Below, in pieces: positions 1-8,643 of a DNA stretch of 64,000 nucleotides. The notes beneath the pieces were generated by a model that had not been told where the DNA came from, ran no database searches, and saw only the letters and a program-made list of their open reading frames with translations. The position numbers and the translations under genes were made by a program. Every line of letters begins with the position of its first letter. Positions within the stretch are counted from its first letter, which is position 1. Source of the stretch: an uncultured Candidatus Saccharibacteria bacterium (GTDB lineage: Bacteria > Patescibacteriota > Dojkabacteria > SC72 > WJKH01); contig CAZRRH010000001.1 in NCBI GenBank assembly GCA_964602665.1, forward strand, positions 72,414 through 136,413. The letters run 5' to 3'.

Positions 1-633
1 GCTATTAGAGCCAACAATTTCGTTCTTCTCGATTTCCTCATCAATCCAATCCAGCTCTTTATTCCCATAGGTCAGTAATATTGCATTTGAATAGCTGTAG
101 TATTGCTTATGAAAAGACTCTAAATCAGCTTTCTGCAGTTTTGTTATAGCTTCTTTGTCTCCGATGGTCTCGTGAGAATAACCTGTCCCCTTATAAAGCC
201 ATTTCTGCATTTTTTCATTAATCTCAAAATACGGTTTATCTTTAATCATCCTAAGCTCCTCAAGTATAATTCCTCGCTCCTTTTCAATATCTTTGGGACG
301 AAGCAATGGGGCAAAAACTCGATCATGTAAAATATCAAAAGCCTGCTTGCTATTTTCCGGTGTAGAAGTTATGTAATAAACAGTGTTGCTACACCATGTC
401 CAAGCGTTTTCTTGTAATCCAAGTTTTTCTCTTAATTTACCAAGCTCTTCCCGGTCAGGATATTTAACAGAACCGTTAAAAAGCATATGCTCCAGAAAGT
501 GAGCTAGCCCATGTACTTTCTCATCACTTGAACCTGCATTTAACAAAAATGCTTGAGTTACATTCTGGGCAAATGGTACTTTAAAATGAACATGCTTAAG
601 CCCGTTTTTGTATTTCTTTACTAACATTTCCAT
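1..633 (-). CDS. M16-family zinc metallopeptidase, catalytic type (N-terminal part only; the C-terminus lies beyond the window start)
   Basis: Minus-strand translation from ATG at ~633/627 reads MLVKKYKNGLKHVHFKVPF...GLAHFLEHMLFNGS..EKERGIILEELRMIKDK. It has the inverted zincin motif HxxEH (HFLEH) and a downstream Glu typical of pitrilysin/M16. It is open to position 1, so it is absent from the ORF track. Confidence 0.6.
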   Translation of the reverse strand, partial: MEMLVKKYKNGLKHVHFKVPFAQNVTQAFLLNAGSSDEKVHGLAHFLEHMLFNGSVKYPDREELGKLREKLGLQENAWTWCSNTVYYITSTPENSKQAFDILHDRVFAPLLRPKDIEKERGIILEELRMIKDKPYFEINEKMQKWLYKGTGYSHETIGDKEAITKLQKADLESFHKQYYSYSNAILLTYGNKELDWIDEEIEKNEIVGSNS

Positions 634-1696
634 AAACAAAATTTACACCTTCTAGCTTAAATACTTCTTTGTAGTACTGTATTATCTGCTCCTTTGAGAT
701 GCCTTGAATGCTTTTTATACACTCATCAATATTTTTAATTCTTGGATAATTATGTACACAGAAAGAGAATAAAGATTCTGAATTTCCTTTTATTTCAAGA
801 AAAACTGTTTTTGCAGATTCTTTAGCCTCTTCAATTTCAAATTCCCCTTTTAAAATCTGTCTTCTAACTTTATCCGTTATTTCAATAACTTTATTAACAT
901 TAGCTTCATTTACGCCGCAGCAAAAGTAAAAAAGGCCTTCGTCTAGCCAACATTTATGGGATACAAAAGCAAAATAAGCCAAAGATCTTTTTTCTCTCAC
1001 TTCTTGCATATAGATTCCTCCCAAAGCACTATTTGATAAAACGCTTGTAGCTATAACCTGCTTCACAGGATCAAAGCTCTCCTTGCCTCCTGTCTTATGT
1101 CCTATTAGAACGATTTTTTGATCGACTTTGGCAGGAATAAAAACTGTTTTATTTTCTGTTTTTGCCACTTTTTTATATTTAAATGCCTTGCCAATTTTTT
1201 TTATTTTTAGATTTGACGCTGTATTTGTATAATAAATGGCCTTGTTGCTGTTCATCTTTTTTATTAAACTATTTACTTCATCAAGCGTAATTTTTTTTAC
1301 ATCTTTTATTACTCCATAAGGACTATTTTGACCTAAGACAAGATTTACAAATTTATTTCTAGCATCTGCTCTCGGATCATTGCTTTCCGCTTTGATTTGT
1401 AAAACGACTTGCTCTTTTGCCCTTTTTAATATTTTTTCACTAACATAATCTAATTTATCAGACAAATTATATTTATTACCAGAAATAGTCTTAAAAATTT
1501 GATAAACCCTATCTCTTCCTAGAGAAAATTCTGATAAAACCCCTTTTCTTTCAAGTTCTAAACCACTTTTTCTTGTCGCCTGTGATATTTCCAGTGCAGC
1601 AACAGTTACTGCTAAAAGGCCTGATTTGTAATCCGGGTCATCTCTTGTCCCAATAAAATACTCTATTAGTTTGTAATCCATTAAAAAATCTTTCAT
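596..1696 (-). CDS. M16-peptidase-like protein without HxxEH (probable non-catalytic partner subunit)
   Basis: 366 aa. LGGIYMQEVREKRSLAYFAFV resembles the conserved M16 C-terminal-domain motif; no zinc-binding motif. It overlaps the downstream M16 gene by ~38 bp and its start overlaps the UDG stop (ATGA). Confidence 0.5.
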   Translation of the reverse strand: MKDFLMDYKLIEYFIGTRDDPDYKSGLLAVTVAALEISQATRKSGLELERKGVLSEFSLGRDRVYQIFKTISGNKYNLSDKLDYVSEKILKRAKEQVVLQIKAESNDPRADARNKFVNLVLGQNSPYGVIKDVKKITLDEVNSLIKKMNSNKAIYYTNTASNLKIKKIGKAFKYKKVAKTENKTVFIPAKVDQKIVLIGHKTGGKESFDPVKQVIATSVLSNSALGGIYMQEVREKRSLAYFAFVSHKCWLDEGLFYFCCGVNEANVNKVIEITDKVRRQILKGEFEIEEAKESAKTVFLEIKGNSESLFSFCVHNYPRIKNIDECIKSIQGISKEQIIQYYKEVFKLEGVNFVYGNVSKEIQKRA

Positions 1697-2301
1697 ATTT
1701 TTTCAAGCACTTTTTTTAAATTCGCGAAATCATTTATTAAGGTTTGTCTCATACTTCCATTGTATAGTGCAACGGCTGGATGATAAGATGCAAAAACGAT
1801 TTTATCCTTTATTATTGGGTCATCAACTTCACATTTAAAAAATCTCCCATGTGCTTGAGAAATTTGCACTCCGGGAACAAGTTTACCAAGCGCATGTTTG
1901 CCAAGTGGAACAAATATCTTAGGCGCTATTATCTGAATTTGCTTATCAAGCCAATATTTGCAAGTCTCCTTCTCTGTTTCCGACGGCTCTCGATTCTGCG
2001 GGGGACGACATTTAATCATATTGGCAATATAAATTTCATCTCTTGATAATCCAATACTCTCAAGCATCACATTTAGAAATTTACCAGCAGCGCCAACAAA
2101 TGGCTCGCCTAATTGATCTTCTTTAGCTCCAGGAGCTTCTCCAATAAACATGACTTTGCTTTTTATATTACCTTTACCGGGAACTACTTGAACTGCACCT
2201 TTGCGCAAAGCACATTTCGTACACGCTTTACACTGATTATAAAATTGATCGTATTTCTGACTTTCCATTTTATGATAATGGTCCCTGATCAGGGAGTACA
2301 A
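1693..2301 (-). CDS. uracil-DNA glycosylase, family 4 (Fe-S type)
   Basis: 202 aa. Cys ligands (CKACTKC ... C) plus the motif FIGEAPGAKEDQLGEPFVGAAGKFL, characteristic of family-4 UDGs. Confidence 0.7.
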   Translation of the reverse strand: MYSLIRDHYHKMESQKYDQFYNQCKACTKCALRKGAVQVVPGKGNIKSKVMFIGEAPGAKEDQLGEPFVGAAGKFLNVMLESIGLSRDEIYIANMIKCRPPQNREPSETEKETCKYWLDKQIQIIAPKIFVPLGKHALGKLVPGVQISQAHGRFFKCEVDDPIIKDKIVFASYHPAVALYNGSMRQTLINDFANLKKVLEKI

Positions 2302-3388
2302 ATTCCCTTATATTCTCCTGCGAAATTACAAGTGGTTTAGCTGCTCCCTCTAAAATCTTTCTTGCTGCCTTGCGTACCATAGTTGTAAGGTTTCTCTCAA
2401 GCTGACGAAGTCCCGCATCAAATCCAACAGGTCGTATAAGGACAGGCCAAACATCATCGTTTAAGACAATATCACCTTTTTTAAGTCCGGCATTCTCGAT
2501 AATTTTAGGAAACGCATATTGCTTTGCGATAACTTCCTTCTCCTCGTCAGAGTAGCTTACAAATCTGATTACCTCTAGCCTATCCATTAAAGCCGCAGAA
2601 AGTGTCCCTAAGTTATTTGCAGTGCAGATAAAAAACACTTTGGAAAGATTAACGGGATAATCTATATATTGATCGACAAAATGATGATTTTGTTCAGGAT
2701 CTAATATTTCGAGTAGCGTTGCCATAATATCACTTAGCAGTCCTTGATTTCCGCTGGCTTTGTCTATCTCGTCTAGTAACATCACAGGATTAAAAGTTTT
2801 TGCTCTTATTAACCCCTTTATTATATATCCTGGCTCTGCATTTGGGACATTTTTAAGCTGACCTCGTAGTGCAGATGCACTTCCTATTGCTCCAAGCGGA
2901 ACTCGCACAAACTCTCTACCCATAGCATCTGCAATAGATTTAGCAATGCTTGTTTTACCCACGCCCTGCAATCCGACAAAAAGCATAACAGGAGCATTTG
3001 CAGATGATCCTCTAAGATTTGCTATTACAGGTTCTGATGGAGTAATCTCAGGCTGTTGGTTCAGTTTCTTAAGATTCATAATTGCAAGGTAATCAAGGAT
3101 CAGCTCTTTTACTGTATCCATACCAAAATGCGTACTATCCATTATATTCCTGGCGTTTTTGATGTCCAGATTATCCTGCGTAACTACCCCCCACGGTATT
3201 TGTGTTATCCATTCAATATATTTGGAAATCGTTTCGTAATCATTTGAATAGCTTCCCATTTTTGCCATTCTTCTTAGTCTGTCGACATTTCTTTCGGCAT
3301 AGTCTTTGAGATCTGATGGAACAGCAGATTGAGCAACTTTTGTTGATAATTGTTCTATTTCTTCTATATAATCAGGGCTGTTTTGCAT
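2270..3388 (-). CDS. Lon-derived AAA+ ATPase module (no Lon N-domain, no S16 peptidase domain)
   Basis: 372 aa, colinear with the Lon middle region: WITQIPW / Walker A GLQGVGKTS / LLDEIDKAS / LEILDPEQN / MDRLEVIRFVSYSDEEK. The ORF ends where the Lon protease domain would start. The sensor segment GGVRDEAEIRGHRRTY is replaced by GAIGSASALRGQ. Confidence 0.55.
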   Translation of the reverse strand: MQNSPDYIEEIEQLSTKVAQSAVPSDLKDYAERNVDRLRRMAKMGSYSNDYETISKYIEWITQIPWGVVTQDNLDIKNARNIMDSTHFGMDTVKELILDYLAIMNLKKLNQQPEITPSEPVIANLRGSSANAPVMLFVGLQGVGKTSIAKSIADAMGREFVRVPLGAIGSASALRGQLKNVPNAEPGYIIKGLIRAKTFNPVMLLDEIDKASGNQGLLSDIMATLLEILDPEQNHHFVDQYIDYPVNLSKVFFICTANNLGTLSAALMDRLEVIRFVSYSDEEKEVIAKQYAFPKIIENAGLKKGDIVLNDDVWPVLIRPVGFDAGLRQLERNLTTMVRKAARKILEGAAKPLVISQENIREFVLPDQGPLS

Positions 3389-3442
3389 TGCAATTTTATT
3401 TAAATTATGGTATAATTTAGTGTTACCTCCATTATATCATAT

Positions 3443-5272
3443 ATGAAGAAAAAAACGGTCAAACCATCGCTTAAAAAAACTCTTAGCAATGTCGCTTGGG
3501 TATATAAGCAGTTTTATTCTATTAACAAGTTAGATACGGTTCTTATTACGCTGCTTCCTTTCCTAATGGCGCTAATCCCAATTATAAACTCATATCTTTG
3601 GGCAAAAGTCATTGACGGATTAATAAATCTTACAAAATTAGACATTGGCACTTTTGAACAATTTCTAAAAGAGACAGATATTGCATATGTAATTATTTTT
3701 TATTCTTTAATTTCATTTGTAGGTGGACTTTTTTATAGGATCGATAGCTATGTTGATAGACGATTTTACGACATTCATCTAGATGTTTTTCGAATGAACT
3801 TGACCAAGAAATTGGCAACCTTAGATGTCGCATCTACAGAGAATCAGAAAATTTATAAATTAATCCTTAAAGGGCGAGATAATTTATATAAAATTAATAG
3901 TTATATTGACAATTTCTCTGATATTTTTATCAATATAATCCAGTTAATTACTAACTCTGTTATTATAATAGCATTTTCACCTCTCCTCTATATTGTATTT
4001 TTTGTTTTAATAATTCCAGAAAGCCTATTTCAAAGAAAATATACACAAAAAAAATGGGACTTTTACAACACAAACGCAGAGTTAAATGGAAAGATTTATT
4101 GGTTGGAGGGTAGTTTACAAAGTATTTATAACCGATCTGAACATGTAATAAACTCAGCCACAAATTTTCTTTATAAAATGTATAAAAATATGCGTCTTGA
4201 TTATCTCAAACGAGAATTTGCAATTGAGAAATGGATTTACAACAAAAGAGCATTATTGGATATCACCTCTTTGTTTAAAGATATGTTTTCAATTTACTTT
4301 TTTATAAACAAACTTTTACAAAAGGCTATAACAATTGGAGATTTAACATTTTTATCTGGCAGAATCAGTCAATTCTCTGGTAATTTAACGCGAATAAGTA
4401 GCAATATAATAAAACTTACAGACGCAAATATCGAAATTGACACTTTAAGAGATATTTATGCTTTAGAACCAATCATTAAATCAGGTAATTTGCCTCTTAT
4501 TCAGAAAGACCCTCCAAAAATTGAATTTAAAAATGTTTGGTTTAAATATCCCGATTCAGAAAAGTATGTTTTAAAGGATATAAATCTTACGATTAACCAT
4601 CTTGATGAAATTGCCTTTGTGGGTGAAAATGGTGCAGGCAAAACCACACTTATAAAACTGCTTTTAAGAACTTATGACCCTACAAAAGGAGAAATATTGT
4701 TAAATGGCGTAAATATAAAAGAGTTTATTCTCGAACAGTATTTATCTCTATTTGGTGTCCTGTTACAAAGATTTAATGCTTATAGTGAGCTCGATGTTAA
4801 AACAAATATTGCAATTAGCAGACCAAACGATAGGCTTGATATGGAAAAAGTCATCGAAGCGTCAAAGAAAGCAGATGCATACGATTTTATTCAGAAACTT
4901 GATAATAAATTTAATCAGATTTTAGCAAAACAGCTCGAAAACGGAACAGAACTATCGGGTGGACAATGGCAGAAAATTGCCTTTGCAAGGCTGTTTTATC
5001 GCAATGCACCTATTATGATTATGGATGAAGCCACAAGCGCTATTGATGCAGAAGCTGAAGAAAGAATTTTTACTAAACTGTACGAAACTGTCAACGACAA
5101 AATCGTCATTTTAATTTCTCATCGTTTTGCAACTGTTCGCCATGCTAAAAGGATTTTTGTGATAGAAGACGGTAAAATTTCAGAACAAGGGTCACATAAG
5201 CAACTGCTTGATTTAGAAGGTAAATACGCAAGGATGTTTAAATCTCAAGCAAAGGGCTATGTTAATGAGTAG
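3443..5272 (+). CDS. ABC transporter, fused permease/ATP-binding protein (type I exporter, MsbA-like)
   Basis: 609 aa. N-terminal half has ~6 TM helices. C-terminal NBD has Walker A GENGAGKTT, signature LSGGQWQKIAFARL, Walker B IMIMDEATSAID and H-loop SHR. Confidence 0.8.
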   Translation: MKKKTVKPSLKKTLSNVAWVYKQFYSINKLDTVLITLLPFLMALIPIINSYLWAKVIDGLINLTKLDIGTFEQFLKETDIAYVIIFYSLISFVGGLFYRIDSYVDRRFYDIHLDVFRMNLTKKLATLDVASTENQKIYKLILKGRDNLYKINSYIDNFSDIFINIIQLITNSVIIIAFSPLLYIVFFVLIIPESLFQRKYTQKKWDFYNTNAELNGKIYWLEGSLQSIYNRSEHVINSATNFLYKMYKNMRLDYLKREFAIEKWIYNKRALLDITSLFKDMFSIYFFINKLLQKAITIGDLTFLSGRISQFSGNLTRISSNIIKLTDANIEIDTLRDIYALEPIIKSGNLPLIQKDPPKIEFKNVWFKYPDSEKYVLKDINLTINHLDEIAFVGENGAGKTTLIKLLLRTYDPTKGEILLNGVNIKEFILEQYLSLFGVLLQRFNAYSELDVKTNIAISRPNDRLDMEKVIEASKKADAYDFIQKLDNKFNQILAKQLENGTELSGGQWQKIAFARLFYRNAPIMIMDEATSAIDAEAEERIFTKLYETVNDKIVILISHRFATVRHAKRIFVIEDGKISEQGSHKQLLDLEGKYARMFKSQAKGYVNE

Positions 5273-5285
5273 TTACATGAAATTT

Positions 5286-6290
5286 CTATTCGATATTTAC
5301 TATTATCCCATCCTCCCCTTCAAACCGAATAAATTGGTGCATATAATCTATTATTAAATCAGAAAGAATTTTTCCTCCATGATTTGTAACATGGACACCA
5401 TCAGAAGACTTCACATAAGCAACATTGCCATCGTCATCGGCTAGTGTTGGAGAGTACTTTCCATCGACAGCAAATCTTTCCCAACTATTTACATAATACA
5501 CATTTGCATACTCCTGTGAAACTTCATCGTAAATCTTGTTCATCCGCAAGAATTTGTTGTGAAAATTCTCAGTTCTAGGAATTGGGTGACCTATCCAATA
5601 AATCTGTTTAAATTTCGGAGAAAATTCTTCGAGATAATTTTTTACTCTCTCTCTATATACAACATCCCAAGAATCACTATTTAACAAAACAGCGTTGCCA
5701 TTTGAATCTCTTATCCCTTGCCCGTCATTTGCTCCCACCATTATTACCAAGACATCAGGGCTATGTGAATTTATAAGCTCCCGAGTTTTTGCATACCAAT
5801 CAAAATAATCAATACGGTTAAGGCCTGTAGAATATTTGCCAAATCGTACAGTTGTAAATCCTTCATAAGATTTTAACCGATTCTCAAATTGAGGACCAAA
5901 GCCTTCTAGTATCATTGAATCACCGATAATTAAAATTTTTATCGGAGCAGAAAGGAGTGGATCTTCTTCGATCTTTTCTTGCTGGGCTTCTACTTCCTTT
6001 ACCTCTTCGGTTATTTCGACATTATCTCGTTCGGTTACCAACTGATTGTAGCTCTCACAAAAAGATAAAGAAGTCTGTTTTGAATCATCCGCAGAAGAAT
6101 TGCCTTTTATTTTCCTCCAAGCACTATCTTCAAAAGACAGAATTTTTATAAGTGAGTTATCCTGCTTTTCACAAGTAGATTGTTTATAGTTTTCTATAAG
6201 TTCAAAAAACTTCTCGTGCTCTAATATAAAAACGGGAATAAAGACAAGCATAACGATAACAATTATTTCAAAATCTTTTTTAATTTCCAT
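5286..6290 (-). CDS. membrane-anchored SGNH/GDSL-family hydrolase or acyltransferase (AlgJ/PatB-like)
   Basis: 334 aa with an N-terminal TM helix. Block I is IIGDSM (GDS); VIMVGANDG resembles block III. It lies immediately downstream of, and co-directional with, the MBOAT gene. Confidence 0.5.
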   Translation of the reverse strand: MEIKKDFEIIVIVMLVFIPVFILEHEKFFELIENYKQSTCEKQDNSLIKILSFEDSAWRKIKGNSSADDSKQTSLSFCESYNQLVTERDNVEITEEVKEVEAQQEKIEEDPLLSAPIKILIIGDSMILEGFGPQFENRLKSYEGFTTVRFGKYSTGLNRIDYFDWYAKTRELINSHSPDVLVIMVGANDGQGIRDSNGNAVLLNSDSWDVVYRERVKNYLEEFSPKFKQIYWIGHPIPRTENFHNKFLRMNKIYDEVSQEYANVYYVNSWERFAVDGKYSPTLADDDGNVAYVKSSDGVHVTNHGGKILSDLIIDYMHQFIRFEGEDGIIVNIE

Positions 6291-6293
6291 AAT

Positions 6294-7802
6294 TTAAAAA
6301 CTAAAATAAATAAATGGCGGCACAGTATCTGGTCCAAATTTCAATATTAAATAAAATAGCACAAAAATTATTATACTCGTAACAACAATTGATTTCTCGT
6401 TTAAAATTTTTTGTAAACTTTCTTTTAATTTTGTTTCAAAAAAGTTTAATAAAATCACTATTATTATAAGTAAAATCACGACAAAAGGAACAGTATTAAT
6501 ATTCGTCTTATTAAAATTCAATATATTGTTAATAAAAATTTTTGCAGTATCAAAATCTTTGCTGTTAAAAAATATCCAAGAAAATGTCACTGAGAGAAAA
6601 GTCATTATAATGCCAACAGGAACAAATATCTTGGTGACTTTAGTCGACAATGGATGCTTTTTTGTAATATCTTCAATAATATTTGAGATTACCGAACCAA
6701 TCGTATGTATAAACCCCCAAATAATAAAATTTAGCGTCAGTCCATGCCAAAGTCCACTTATGCTCATTGTTATAAGTATATTTACATATTTTCTTAGTTG
6801 ACCTTCTTTATTGCCACCAAGTGGTATATAAACATATGTTTTAAACCAATCCGACAAAGATATATGCCATCTTCTCCAAAAATCTTTAAATCCTAAAGCC
6901 TGATACGGCATGTTGAAATTAGCTGGAGCAGGAAAACCTAAAAGCTTCGCCAAAGCAATTGAGATATCACTATATCCACTAAAATCAGCATAAAGCATTG
7001 CAGAATATCCAAAAGCGCCAAAAAGCAAATCTATCCATGAAAAATTTGCCGGTGCAGAAAAAGCCCCATAAACAAAATCATACAAAAGACTAGCTATTAA
7101 AAATTTTTTGAAAAATCCAAACAAAATTCCTGTAAATATCTCACCTCTTGAATACATACAAGAATTATCCTGAGGAACTACTTTTTCATAAGAATTCTCT
7201 ATGGCTTGACCTTCTTGTCCTGTAGAAAAATATTCTCCCGCCTTAACAATTGGCCCAGAGATGATTTGAGGGAAAAACATCACATAATTTATATAATCTA
7301 TAAACCTTGGCAAATAAAGCTTTTTATTATACAAATCTATTGCGAGAGAAAGAAGGCGAAATGTGTAAAATGACACTCCAATCGGGGCCAATATTTCAAA
7401 ATTTATTGGAATTGAATTTTTAAAAAACTCTATTTTTAAAAGCGACGCAATTATGTTTGACGAATATTTAAAAAAAACAAGAAATACTATATTGAAAATT
7501 ATTGTAAAGCTAAGCACTGCTTTCTTCTCTCGCTTTATTCGCGCCTCTGAAAGAATTGTTTCGCTTTTTATTATTTTTTTTAATATTCTCGTACCTTTTG
7601 ACTCAAGAAGTTTGAGTAAAAGATAATTGATTATTAAAGAAATCAATAGAATTAGCAGATTTTTAAATCCAAATAATGAGTAAAAGAATATGTTTGCTAT
7701 TAAGATTAGGATTTTGTAATTCTTCTTTTCTGATTTAAACTGTATCGCAAAAAAGAATATTAAAACAAAAAAGAGGAAGAATTGTGTTGTTAAAAAATCC
7801 AT
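6294..7802 (-). CDS. MBOAT-family membrane-bound O-acyltransferase (AlgI/DltB/PatA-like)
   Basis: 502 aa polytopic protein with the diagnostic His motif region FWRRWHISLSDWFKTYVYIPLGGN. Confidence 0.7.
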   Translation of the reverse strand: MDFLTTQFFLFFVLIFFFAIQFKSEKKNYKILILIANIFFYSLFGFKNLLILLISLIINYLLLKLLESKGTRILKKIIKSETILSEARIKREKKAVLSFTIIFNIVFLVFFKYSSNIIASLLKIEFFKNSIPINFEILAPIGVSFYTFRLLSLAIDLYNKKLYLPRFIDYINYVMFFPQIISGPIVKAGEYFSTGQEGQAIENSYEKVVPQDNSCMYSRGEIFTGILFGFFKKFLIASLLYDFVYGAFSAPANFSWIDLLFGAFGYSAMLYADFSGYSDISIALAKLLGFPAPANFNMPYQALGFKDFWRRWHISLSDWFKTYVYIPLGGNKEGQLRKYVNILITMSISGLWHGLTLNFIIWGFIHTIGSVISNIIEDITKKHPLSTKVTKIFVPVGIIMTFLSVTFSWIFFNSKDFDTAKIFINNILNFNKTNINTVPFVVILLIIIVILLNFFETKLKESLQKILNEKSIVVTSIIIFVLFYLILKFGPDTVPPFIYFSF

Positions 7803-7979
7803 CCTCTTAATTTTACACTTTATTCATGCACAAAGCAATGATTGATAACTTTGCAATAAGGTTATGATTTTATTCCAGAACAATTATCCACTCCTTTTTC
7901 TTATAAAAACGGCTACTATTATTGTGAGAAATATCGCGGTCCTACAATATAGAGTCTTATAAGGTGTTTTACCACATTT

Positions 7980-8603
7980 CTAATGCGCTATTTTTATCTT
8001 TTTCTCTGAGCTTATCATAAAAATGCTTGATATTCCGACCCAAACCAAAAGCATAAAAACGCCAAATAATTCTGTATAAATTATCCTAAAATTACCGCCG
8101 AGAATAAATATAACCATCTGTCCTAGAATGCTTGTCAAACAGACAGAAATCATTGATAAAAAAATCTTTCTTCTTTGCCTTTTATAAGCTAAAACACATA
8201 CTAATATCATAACGGCGGGAAAACCAAACAAAAAAATCAGCGCGAATGTCCAATGAATAACTCTTTCCCAAGTCCACAAAGAGCTATTAGGCAAATTAAA
8301 AATTCCTACAAAAGAAACGCTTGCAGAGGTTATAATACCTAAAACTTTTAATATTCGCATTCCAATAAAGCGCTTAAGTATACCCCAATTGAACAAAGAA
8401 AAACCTATGCCTGAGATAAAAAGCATTGCATTAAAAAGCTCACTACTACTCATATCATCTCTCCCATAGTCGCTCAATGTGTCAATGTTATATGAAGAGG
8501 CTTCAAATGGAGGGTATTTTATAAAAAGGAATATAATTATTACTAAAAAGAAAGCTGTAACTAATAATCCTAAGAGAATATATGCCAAATTTCTTTTTCC
8601 CAT
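7980..8603 (-). CDS. integral membrane protein, unknown function
   Basis: 207 aa with ~6 hydrophobic helices and no recognisable motif. Confidence 0.4.
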   Translation of the reverse strand: MGKRNLAYILLGLLVTAFFLVIIIFLFIKYPPFEASSYNIDTLSDYGRDDMSSSELFNAMLFISGIGFSLFNWGILKRFIGMRILKVLGIITSASVSFVGIFNLPNSSLWTWERVIHWTFALIFLFGFPAVMILVCVLAYKRQRRKIFLSMISVCLTSILGQMVIFILGGNFRIIYTELFGVFMLLVWVGISSIFMISSEKKIKIAH

Positions 8604-8643
8604 CTCACACAGCTTTTATATGTATTTAACTTCCCTTATAGTC

